Assembly (NCBI GenBank): GCA_963733095.1
Contig: CAVTBV010000013.1
Coordinates: 128,001 to 192,000, forward strand
Direction of reading: 5' to 3'
From: Candidatus Bathyarchaeota archaeon
GTDB lineage: Archaea > Thermoproteota > Bathyarchaeia > Bathyarchaeales > Bathycorpusculaceae
DNA: 64,000 nt
Below the pieces are notes generated by a model. That model ran no database searches. It saw only the letters and a list, made by a program, of their open reading frames with translations, and was not told the DNA's origin. This document shows positions 20,222-29,118 of this stretch, in pieces (within the stretch, counting starts at the first letter, position 1; each line of letters starts with the position of its first letter). The position numbers and the translations under genes were made by a program.

Positions 20222-21412
20222 TTAGGTTATTCTGGCGTGAATTTCAATAATATCGCCATCATCTAGAACAAAATTTAACCCAACCTTCTTAGGACTAAAC
20301 GGAAGGCGCTTTGCCCAAACCATAGCAAACATGAAGTTGGATAAGAGCTCTTTATGGATGTTTTTGGCGAGTTCGTTGACGGTGGCGCCTTTTCTTAAGG
20401 CGAAAGGGTGGTCGCTGTGGACTTTGTTGCCGGGTTCTTTGGTGTAGATGCGGATGATTCCAAGGGATTCAAATATGGCTTTTCCCAGTTCTTGCATGCC
20501 GAGTTTGCGTTCGCAGGACATTGGCACGATGGGCAGTTTGCCGTCTACATGCTGTTTTAGACGCCGCAGGTTAGCTGCTGTGCCTGGCAGGTCGAGTTTG
20601 TTGGCGACGATTACGGCGGGTTTGTAGATGGTGTTTTCGTAGATGGCGTTTTCGACGTCTTCTAAGGTGACGGCGCCGCTGATGCGTATAACGGCGTCGT
20701 TGATTTTGTAGCTGCGAACCAGTTCTTCTATGTCGCGCATGCTGCAGTCGATGAGTCTGCCCACCGTTATGACCCTGATTCTTGCGCCCGCAGGACGCCG
20801 CTCAATCTCCACGCGTCCCCCACTGGGCTTGCTAACCAATACACGGGTCTTCTCAAGCTCCGCCAAAATTAAATCCAACTGCATCACGGGGTCTCGGCTC
20901 AAATCCAGCATCAAAATTACGCCGTCAGCATTTCGCGCTAACCCAAGCGTAACGTTGCCGCCTGCTTTTCCCTCTGCTGCGCCCTCCATGACGGCGGGCG
21001 CTTCCACTATCTGGAACTGTACGTCCAAATAATTCATGATGCCCGGCACGGGTTCGTGGGTGCTAAATGGGGTGGGGGTGACGACGACTTTGGAGTTTGT
21101 GGTGGCGCACATGAGGCAGCTTTTGCCCACGTTGGTCATGCCGATTAATGCTACTTGGGCTGTGGCGCCTTTTTCGATGAAGAGTTTGGGTCCGCCGCTA
21201 CTTTTGCCCGTGCCCATGCGCTTCTTTTTATCTAAGTCTTCCCGAATCAGCGCGATTTTTCTGTTTATTTCGCCGCGCAGCTTCATGGTGCCTTTGTGGT
21301 GCGGAACATACCTTAGGAACTCTTGCATGGCTTCCATTTTTTCTTTAGGAGTCTTGGCAGCCTCAATCAGCTCCCACTTATCCATCGCTTCAGGCGGCAA
21401 ATTAGTCGGCAT
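20222..21412 (-). CDS. DRG/OBG family GTPase with TGS domain
   Basis: GMTNVGKS, PFSTHEP, NKLD, C-terminal TGS domain. Confidence 0.9.
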   Translation of the reverse strand: MPTNLPPEAMDKWELIEAAKTPKEKMEAMQEFLRYVPHHKGTMKLRGEINRKIALIREDLDKKKRMGTGKSSGGPKLFIEKGATAQVALIGMTNVGKSCLMCATTNSKVVVTPTPFSTHEPVPGIMNYLDVQFQIVEAPAVMEGAAEGKAGGNVTLGLARNADGVILMLDLSRDPVMQLDLILAELEKTRVLVSKPSGGRVEIERRPAGARIRVITVGRLIDCSMRDIEELVRSYKINDAVIRISGAVTLEDVENAIYENTIYKPAVIVANKLDLPGTAANLRRLKQHVDGKLPIVPMSCERKLGMQELGKAIFESLGIIRIYTKEPGNKVHSDHPFALRKGATVNELAKNIHKELLSNFMFAMVWAKRLPFSPKKVGLNFVLDDGDIIEIHARIT

Positions 21413-21612
21413 CTAAACTTCGCAAATACAATCCACAACACAGCCATATGACTATTTCTAAACAAAAACAAAAAATAATCCGAAAACAGCCGCCGACCAG
21501 TTAACTATTCCCACATTTACCTTCCATTTAGTTCTGTCACGTTGCTGGACCGCCATGTTTCTGATAATCACTGCAATTTTGGTTGCTATCGATGACGCAA
21601 CACCAACAGTTT

Positions 21613-22281
21613 TTATGGCTCTTTAATGAGAGCTTTATTTTGTTTTGTTTTAATTCTTTGGCGCACTAAGATAACTGATAGAATAACTGCAATCAGCATG
21701 GTGAATAGTAACATAAAGGGCGATTGGAACTCCGGCACTGCTGAAGATACTACAACGTTTCCCCACATGCCATAATCTATGTGACCTGGTTCTGTGCATA
21801 CATAGTAGAAGTTGCCTGTTTGGTTAGGTGTGAAGGTGACTGAGGCTGAGTTGCCTGCAGGTAAAAAGTTAGTTATGTCGATGCCTGCTCCGAACATAGG
21901 TATATTACTTACAGCTTTTGTTGGCACGATTTCCCATGCATGCGGGCTGGTGCCTACGTTGTACACGGTCATTGTGTACGCGGTTCCTTCTTGGAGGTAA
22001 AGCGTTGGGCCGGGTGAAGTAATGTTAGTTGCAGAGTTGCCAAAACCAAATAATAATGAACTTGTTGCGCCTGTCGATAATGGGCCTTCATACAACACTA
22101 GGGCTGTTTCTGAACTTGTCGCAGTGGGAAAAGGTGTACTTGTACTTGTGGGGGAACTTGTTGTTGGAGGGTAGGTATAGCTTGGGTATTGGGATTTTAC
22201 GGGCTCGGTTATTGTCAACGCAGAGATCAAGCCGATCATAAGAACGAGCGTAAATACTAAAAAGTATTTGCAATTTAACAC
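21613..22281 (-). CDS. Surface-anchored cupredoxin (type-1 copper) with a PEF-CTERM-like sorting signal
   Basis: Signal peptide, S/T/P linker, His (PHAW), C-x-x-P-G-H-x3-G-M ligand loop, then VPEF, TM helix and basic tail. Confidence 0.82.
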   Translation of the reverse strand: MLNCKYFLVFTLVLMIGLISALTITEPVKSQYPSYTYPPTTSSPTSTSTPFPTATSSETALVLYEGPLSTGATSSLLFGFGNSATNITSPGPTLYLQEGTAYTMTVYNVGTSPHAWEIVPTKAVSNIPMFGAGIDITNFLPAGNSASVTFTPNQTGNFYYVCTEPGHIDYGMWGNVVVSSAVPEFQSPFMLLFTMLIAVILSVILVRQRIKTKQNKALIKEP

Positions 22282-22547
22282 TTAAATTGCCTCTAATTTT
22301 TGTATCTTTAACAACTTTAAAAAGGTTTGTTGTCGTTCAATTGTAACACACCACGACGCACAATGTTCTAGTTCCCTCGTTGCGACTTTAGTTTAAATCC
22401 CTATCGTTACCAATGATTTAAACGTCAGTAACAGTCTAGTTATACAGCTCAGTATTTGCGAGATTCGTATCCATTGAATAGTAAGTCCCTCCCTGACTTA
22501 CTTAAAACTGTTTTAACTAAACAAAAATTCTTTAATGTTTAAAAAAA

Positions 22548-23438
22548 TTGAAAGGTGCAAGCGTGAATTCTACAGTATGCAATTCAAAGTTACATTCGAT
22601 TGATCTTCGGTTTCCTATTTCTGTTGCCCTTGCCGGTGGATTAGCAGTAAGAATCTATGGGGACCAGCGTCCAAGTTGTATGGAAACATCCGCTTTGCAA
22701 AAGGGGCTTGTCCTCACGCTTGACGGCAGGGAGTTGATTGAGGAAGGGATGGGTTTTGGGGTTCCAATCGTTATGTATGCGGATAAAACGTTCTTTTCCA
22801 GCAAAGCGGACGTGTCAATCCAAAAGTCTGGTCATGGTTATACGTTAAGGAAGGTTTTCACATTAGACACAGTTTCCTTAAAAAAATTCGGGCAAGGCAT
22901 CTACATCAATGACCGCGTTTATTCTCCGTTCAGAAAAACTTTTCAAAAACTATACATCAAACACAAAAAACTCAACCCGTTCTTCAACAAGCTTATGGAG
23001 CTCCGCGAGCTGGCAAATATCAAAACCGACTTCGTAACTGTTAGACCCAGAGGAACTGTAACGGTAACCTATCACCTTCAACCAACAACCATAAACATCC
23101 AAGCAAACTTTTCAAACGTAGCATTAAACAAATGCTGCGAAGTTTTGGTTTTAAACGAGCAAGGTTCCAGCATGTTCGAAAAGTATTCTGATTCAAGCGG
23201 TCTAAATCTTTTCGGACGCAAGATTGGGGCATGGGAAACAGTTACTGCAAACCAAGCAGCCATGCAGAGTGTGAACCGGAAAATTTTCTTTAGCGTGCAG
23301 AAAGTGGAAGGCGCCACGCTTTTTAGGGGTTGGGAGAGGACTCGGAAGCGGTTTTCGTGGGCGGGTTTGAGTTATTCTATGGGTCCCACCAATGGCGTTT
23401 TCGGTTATTCAATCGGTTTAGGCTTTGATACGAAATAG
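22548..23438 (+). CDS. Hypothetical protein
   Basis: 296-aa open frame with no motif recognised. Confidence 0.65.
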   Translation: MKGASVNSTVCNSKLHSIDLRFPISVALAGGLAVRIYGDQRPSCMETSALQKGLVLTLDGRELIEEGMGFGVPIVMYADKTFFSSKADVSIQKSGHGYTLRKVFTLDTVSLKKFGQGIYINDRVYSPFRKTFQKLYIKHKKLNPFFNKLMELRELANIKTDFVTVRPRGTVTVTYHLQPTTINIQANFSNVALNKCCEVLVLNEQGSSMFEKYSDSSGLNLFGRKIGAWETVTANQAAMQSVNRKIFFSVQKVEGATLFRGWERTRKRFSWAGLSYSMGPTNGVFGYSIGLGFDTK

Positions 23439-23474
23439 CCCCTCTGCGCCATATTTTTAGGCAGGGTTAATTGC

Positions 23475-25214
23475 TTGAGTACATTTATCCCCAGTTTATT
23501 GGTATATAAGACATTGGAAAGTCTTTTATGCATTTGGCTCAAATATTACACGGGGATAAAGATAGTGAGCTCTATCGATGTTGCCCAGTCCAAAGCCTGC
23601 AGGCAGGGGTCTCCCTTAATCCACACTTCACAAACCCCCATTAAAGTCAAAAAGCGAATCGATGTAAACAAAGATTTCCTCGAGGAACTGGGCGTTAACA
23701 GTCAACAGTTTAAAATCTTATTCGATAATCTCCCCCAAGGTGTTGCCCTCTACAAAATGATCTATGACCAACAAGGCAAGCCCGTCGACTACATTCTCCT
23801 CGAAAGTAACATGGTGTATGATGATATTCACTATTTTAAAAGAGAACGAATCGGACAGAAAGCAACCGAGTTTAATCCAAAAATAAAATATGACAAAATG
23901 GGTTGGATAGCCCTTTATGGCAAAGTAGCCACCACCGGTGTCCCTGAGTATTTTGAAACCTACTGCAAACCTGACGATAAATGGTATGAAATCTACATCT
24001 ATAGCCCAAAGAAAACATTTTTTGTTTCAGTTTTCATGGATATAAATGACCAGAAAAAGAGGTTTGCGAAAGAAATTGAGGAACAAAAGAAATCAGAACA
24101 GAAACTTTCTTTTTCAGAAAAAAAATATCGTAGACTCTACGAGACATCGCAAGATGGCATCATGGCGCGTGACCTCAAGGGAAATATGGTTGATTGCAAC
24201 CAAGCATACGCAAAAATGCTCGGTTACTCAAGAAAAGAACTAGAGCACCTGCCTGTTCAACGTTGCCTGCCGGCGAAGTGGCATGAGCAAAGAGACCGAA
24301 TCGTTAAAAAAGTCCTACAAACGGGGCGCTCCATAGTGTTTGAGCGGGAATATCGACGGAAGGATGGTTCGGTGTTTCCTGCATCCGTAAGAACTTGGCG
24401 GTTAACTGATGGAAAAGGAAAGGTTGTTGGCATTTGGTCGACTGTTCGAGACATTACTGAGCAGAAGGAACGGCAGAAAAACCTTCAGGACCAAGCGGAC
24501 TATCTCCAAAAAGTGGTTGAAGACCGCACTAAACAGCTAAAGGATTCGGAGCGTTTAGCGGCTATTGGGCAAACCGCTGGTATGGTTGGGCATGACCTGC
24601 GCAACCCCTTGCAGACAATAACCGGCGAATTGTATCTGGCGAAAACGGAAATTAGCTCACTGGGCGAAGGCGAAGTCAGAAGTAACCTGCAAGAAAGTAT
24701 TCATTTGATAGAAGAGCAAGCCGCTTACATGGACAAAATTGTTTCTGATTTGCAAGCGTTTGTGCAACCTATCAAAATCGATAAGAAACCATTCAGCCTA
24801 AAAGAGCTCGTAAGCAACGTTTTGAAATCGGTTGCCAAGCCCGCCAATGTCACGGTGCGAACGCGAATCGTTGATGCTCCCCAGATAAAAGCTGACCTCC
24901 AACTCCTCAAACGTGTTTTAATCAATTTGGTGACCAATTCAATTCAAGCCATGCCTGATGGAGGCAAGCTAACCTTAAGTGGACAAATAAATCAAGATGG
25001 ACAAGTCTCTCTATCTGTGCAGGACACGGGCGTTGGGATACCTGACGCGACTAAAAACCAAATATTCACGCCCCTCTTCACCACTAAACCGCGTGGGCAA
25101 GGCTTTGGGTTAGCGGTCTGCAAGAGAGTTATAGAAGCCCACAGTGGCACCATCAGCTTTGAAAGCAAAGTGGGTAAAGGCACAAAATTCACGATTCAGT
25201 TTCCCGCAGCTTAA
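23475..25214 (+). CDS. PAS-domain sensor histidine kinase
   Basis: Two PAS domains, H-box GHDLRNPL, N/G boxes (NLVTNS, DTGVGI, FTTK, GFGL); start may be GTG 23565. Confidence 0.93.
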   Translation: MSTFIPSLLVYKTLESLLCIWLKYYTGIKIVSSIDVAQSKACRQGSPLIHTSQTPIKVKKRIDVNKDFLEELGVNSQQFKILFDNLPQGVALYKMIYDQQGKPVDYILLESNMVYDDIHYFKRERIGQKATEFNPKIKYDKMGWIALYGKVATTGVPEYFETYCKPDDKWYEIYIYSPKKTFFVSVFMDINDQKKRFAKEIEEQKKSEQKLSFSEKKYRRLYETSQDGIMARDLKGNMVDCNQAYAKMLGYSRKELEHLPVQRCLPAKWHEQRDRIVKKVLQTGRSIVFEREYRRKDGSVFPASVRTWRLTDGKGKVVGIWSTVRDITEQKERQKNLQDQADYLQKVVEDRTKQLKDSERLAAIGQTAGMVGHDLRNPLQTITGELYLAKTEISSLGEGEVRSNLQESIHLIEEQAAYMDKIVSDLQAFVQPIKIDKKPFSLKELVSNVLKSVAKPANVTVRTRIVDAPQIKADLQLLKRVLINLVTNSIQAMPDGGKLTLSGQINQDGQVSLSVQDTGVGIPDATKNQIFTPLFTTKPRGQGFGLAVCKRVIEAHSGTISFESKVGKGTKFTIQFPAA

Positions 25215-25552
25215 GTTTCAATCATAGCTTTCTGTTGCTTGGTGCCTTTAAGTTTCTGTCTTAAACTATACACAAACGCCATGAACCAGAAGACTACCGT
25301 AAACCAGCCTAACGCAAAACCGATAGTGTTTCCTAACAGGTGATAAGCTACCTCAAAACCAGTGATGGATACAAACGTCAAAAAGGAACCAACAATGCTA
25401 AATCCTCGCAGTACGTTCCTGTTTTTGATGATTGCCCGCAGCATCCAGAGCAAGCCAAGGAAGTTTATGGCGCTGGCGACATCTAAGATTAAGTTTGCAA
25501 GAGCCAAAGTATCCATATTTTTCGGTTTCCTAAAGCCAATTCGCCTTGCCAA
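25211..25552 (-). CDS. Small three-TM membrane protein
   Basis: Three hydrophobic helices and a basic C-terminal tail. Confidence 0.65.
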   Translation of the reverse strand: MARRIGFRKPKNMDTLALANLILDVASAINFLGLLWMLRAIIKNRNVLRGFSIVGSFLTFVSITGFEVAYHLLGNTIGFALGWFTVVFWFMAFVYSLRQKLKGTKQQKAMIET

Positions 25553-25655
25553 AACTTAAGACTATCGTAGCTCGCCAATCTCTTGGACGTAAATTACCTT
25601 AAATCCATCCATAACAATGCTTCAGTAATCTGCTAAGGAGTGGTGATAAAAAAAA

Positions 25656-25790
25656 TTGATTTCGCGAGATTGTGACGGATGCGAGCAACAGAAAATCTGC
25701 CTCAAACGCTACGGCAAAGTTTCTGAAGGCGAAAAAGTCTACTGCCCAGACGGAACAGCACATCTATTATATAAGGCAAGCCATGCATGA
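25656..25790 (+). CDS. Putative 44-aa Cys-rich microprotein
   Basis: GGAG/GGTGA RBS-like sequence upstream; TTG start, ISRDCDGCEQQKICLKRYGKVSEGEKVYCPDGTAHLLYKASHA*. Confidence 0.55.
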   Translation: MISRDCDGCEQQKICLKRYGKVSEGEKVYCPDGTAHLLYKASHA

Positions 25791-25953
25791 AAATGAAAGA
25801 ATAGCCCAAGTATTCTTCGCCACTCTTTTTGTTTAACTCTAACGATTTGATGGGGAGTTTATCTGAAAACATGCAATATGGGCGTGTTTTGGGGGAAAGT
25901 TAAAAAACCATAAATGCTTCAAATAACTATCTATACGGCTGTGGGGGAGAATA

Positions 25954-26643
25954 GTGAAACTTCGAATATCCATAATCGTTGCTGTTTTAACAATCACTTT
26001 CCTTTGTATGGGTTTTGCCGCTGCGCTTAACCAAGATGAAGCCTCCGTTCACAGTTTCTTCTCAACTTCAACGTTGCAGCCTGGACAAACAGTGACTGTC
26101 ACCGTATTCTTCACCAGCAACTCATCCGATGCACTGCAAGTGACCGCTGTAGGCTTACACTTTGACTGGATGCCGGATGCTGAAGGCTTCTACGGTTTCA
26201 ATTTGGCAAGCCAACCTGTAACGGTCGCGGCTGGCGGAACTCAAGCATTCCCTCAGATGACCATTCAAATTCCAACAAACGTTACATTAGGTGAGCACAG
26301 CTACTTCGTTGGTGTTGACGGAACCCAAGGCGCATCGTCTACTGATTTCTCATGGAGTTCTCCTTTACTGACAGTTATGGTTGTTGGCAGCAACGGACAA
26401 ACCGCTGGCCCAACAGTTACAACAGCGCCTACAGAACACAGCGGACAGGTTGGACAATCAGACCTGCTTCTTTATGGCGTAGCAGCAGCAGTTGTCGTTA
26501 TTGTTGTTTTGCTCGTAATAGCGCTAATGCTTCGGAGAAGGAAACCATCCCAGCCAAAGCCAGCAGCTAACGAAGGCACAACTAAACCCGAGCCACCAAG
26601 CCAACCACCGAAATCTAATCCTGAGCAAGACTTCAACATTTAA
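25954..26643 (+). CDS. Secreted Ig-like protein with C-terminal TM anchor and Pro-rich tail
   Basis: Signal peptide, beta-rich domain, TM helix, RRRK. Confidence 0.8.
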   Translation: MKLRISIIVAVLTITFLCMGFAAALNQDEASVHSFFSTSTLQPGQTVTVTVFFTSNSSDALQVTAVGLHFDWMPDAEGFYGFNLASQPVTVAAGGTQAFPQMTIQIPTNVTLGEHSYFVGVDGTQGASSTDFSWSSPLLTVMVVGSNGQTAGPTVTTAPTEHSGQVGQSDLLLYGVAAAVVVIVVLLVIALMLRRRKPSQPKPAANEGTTKPEPPSQPPKSNPEQDFNI

Positions 26644-26738
26644 TATTTTTTTCATAAAAGTCGTTCGGGACTGTGCAGAGGCAATTTGAAAAAGCTTATA
26701 GCTAAATGCCACAACATATCGGTACTTAAAGTGGCACT

Positions 26739-27404
26739 TTGATGGCGACCCACACAAAACATGTCCTAACTGTACTGGTAACAGTCATCATTGTAGCACT
26801 AATGTTTCCTCTTGCTTGCATGAATGCTCAAGCTCAAACTGAAACAACCTTCACACCCTCCAACAAGTTCAGTATTCCCTCTCTTAACGGAACCATCAGT
26901 TTTGCATTAAACGGGTCCTGTTCCTCAGCAACTTTAGTCAACGATAGCTGGGTCTTCTCAAACCTAAGGCTGAACAATTCACAACCGCTTGGCAACCTAA
27001 CTATCAGCACATCAAACTCTGAAATAACTATTTTTTCCTTCGGATCCATCAACTATTTTGGTCGAATCGCTCAGCTTCGCTACAATGCACAAGGAGAAGG
27101 AACGCAGACTGTAAACTTAGGTCTTAATCTCACGCAGCCAACTCAACCAAGCGAATGGAGCATAAGCGTTCCAGGAAGAAGCGGTTTTCTCTCAGAGGGA
27201 AGCAACTGGAACCTCTTACCTGACGACTCAGTAGTTGTTTTCGGCTTAACGGGCAATGTATCGGTTTTGCATTTTGGCAGGATCATTCCGAACAACAGTA
27301 ATTTGCCGTTTTATCAGCAGCATTCAGTAATTATCATAACTACAATCGTGCTTTCGATAGTTGTAGCGGTCGCGGTTGTAATTCGGGTTAAAGGAGGGAG
27401 TTGA
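26739..27404 (+). CDS. Secreted protein with C-terminal TM anchor (many N-x-S/T sequons)
   Basis: Signal peptide and terminal TM helix; stop lies 4 bp before the 4Fe-4S gene. Confidence 0.8.
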   Translation: MMATHTKHVLTVLVTVIIVALMFPLACMNAQAQTETTFTPSNKFSIPSLNGTISFALNGSCSSATLVNDSWVFSNLRLNNSQPLGNLTISTSNSEITIFSFGSINYFGRIAQLRYNAQGEGTQTVNLGLNLTQPTQPSEWSISVPGRSGFLSEGSNWNLLPDDSVVVFGLTGNVSVLHFGRIIPNNSNLPFYQQHSVIIITTIVLSIVVAVAVVIRVKGGS

Positions 27405-27408
27405 CGGG

Positions 27409-28656
27409 ATGGTTTTGGAAAACTCACCGGTTTTAGTGTTGACGATTTACGCCCTAATAGTGGCAGTCGGCATCGTTCTCATTCTTAAACTATCCAAAGA
27501 CAAAACCCGAAAAATCAGCACACTGAGGCTTTTCATCCAAGTCGCCGCAGTCATCATCGTATTTTTAGGACTCATAATAGGACCATTCAACCAGCCAAAC
27601 TCGCTATTTTATCCCTTAGGGGTTTCTCCGCGCGACAATTTAATCGGCAAAGACGTTTTAGGCACCCAATTCCCCGACGGCATCTCCCTGCCCATCTTAG
27701 CATGTTACTACCCTAACGGACGAACTGTCACCTGTGCAATTTGGCAGTTGCAAGCCTACGTTTTTCCCTTCTGGAACTACCCGCAAGGCTACAACGTAAT
27801 CTACTCTACCTCGGGCTTAGAAAAACTGGCCATAGTGATTGGCATGTTGATTGTGGCATCTATAATTTTAGGCAGGGTTTTCTGTGGGTGGCTCTGCCCA
27901 TTCGGCTTATACCAAGACCTCTTAACTCGACTCCGCAAATCAGCTCGGCTACGGCACCTGAGTTTTTCAGAAAAAACCAGCAAGGCGCTTGGGCAATCAC
28001 GGTACATTATAATCGCGGTCTTTATGATTTTAAGCGTTATTTTCGCTTCTTACGCAATTTTCGGCACACAACTTATTCCCGGCACCAACCCCGGTGGTCC
28101 CCAAGGAACCGAAGCAGGTATCATCAGCAACATCAATGAGCCCTTCTGCCTAGTCTGCCCCATGAGGCCACTATGCATCTTAATAGAAGTCGGCGCCGGC
28201 CAAATGAACTGGTCCTACATATCCCAAATCGCCTATGGACCTTTGTGGGTAACAGGCTTCTACTTAACCTCCATAAACCTCGCGATTTTGGTGGTGATTA
28301 CGATTTTGGCACTGGCTTACAGGCGGTTATGGTGCCGAATCTGCCCCTTAGGCGGCTTAACAGCCCTCTTCAGCACATTTACACCCTTCAAACAAATAGC
28401 CCTAACCAAACTTCAAAAAGACGAACACAAATGCACCAAATGTGGAGTCTGCAAACGCGTTTGCCCAACCCAAGCCACCGCCATGTACGACAAGAAAGGC
28501 GGCGACGTAACAGAATCAAAATGCATGCTTTGTGCGCGATGTGTTGAAATCTGTCCCTACGAAGGCGCGTTGGAACTAAAGTTCGCTGGTAAGTCCCTGA
28601 TGAAATCGCGGAATTGGCTCAAAGAAAACAAACCCGGAAACACACAAAACGATTGA
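27409..28656 (+). CDS. Membrane 4Fe-4S binding protein (NapH/MauN-like)
   Basis: FCGWLCPFG and WCRICPLG CxxxCP motifs plus two CxxCxxCxxxCP ferredoxin motifs. Confidence 0.9.
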   Translation: MVLENSPVLVLTIYALIVAVGIVLILKLSKDKTRKISTLRLFIQVAAVIIVFLGLIIGPFNQPNSLFYPLGVSPRDNLIGKDVLGTQFPDGISLPILACYYPNGRTVTCAIWQLQAYVFPFWNYPQGYNVIYSTSGLEKLAIVIGMLIVASIILGRVFCGWLCPFGLYQDLLTRLRKSARLRHLSFSEKTSKALGQSRYIIIAVFMILSVIFASYAIFGTQLIPGTNPGGPQGTEAGIISNINEPFCLVCPMRPLCILIEVGAGQMNWSYISQIAYGPLWVTGFYLTSINLAILVVITILALAYRRLWCRICPLGGLTALFSTFTPFKQIALTKLQKDEHKCTKCGVCKRVCPTQATAMYDKKGGDVTESKCMLCARCVEICPYEGALELKFAGKSLMKSRNWLKENKPGNTQND

Positions 28657-28845
28657 CCTAAACTCGCCTAAAATACATACTTTGGTTATCTCTAACTTCT
28701 GGAATTCGCGAGCTAACTTCTTTTTTCTTGTTGTACTTTTTCGGGGGTTTTTCGATTTCAAGATCCTAAAGGTTAAGATAACAACACAGCATTGTGCCTT
28801 CATCAAATCGTCTGTGAGATGGAAAAAGTCCATGCTTTAACTGAG

Positions 28846-28872
28846 TGAACGCCACGTAGGTATCGTGGCGGT
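28846..28872 (+). repeat. Degenerate inverted copy of the tRNA-Ala anticodon arm
   Basis: TGAACGCCACGTAGGTATCGTGGCGGT versus tRNA TGATCGCCACGTTGGCATCGTGGAGGT, 23/27 identical. Confidence 0.5.
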
Positions 28873-29118
28873 AGATGGGGCATGCAACGTAAACGTTCGT
28901 TATTTTCGAACGCTAAAACATAGAGTAAATACCAAAATAAGGTGATAATGCTCGTATTTTTCAGTTTACCAGAATAATTTTACTCGATTTTTAACGAAAA
29001 AACGTGTTAAAATGTCTGAAATTATAGGTAATTATACTTTTTTGTTATCAGATGAAAATACAATTTGTTAACATAACTTTTATCGTCGCAGATTTGTGTA
29101 ATAATAAATTTTGATATG

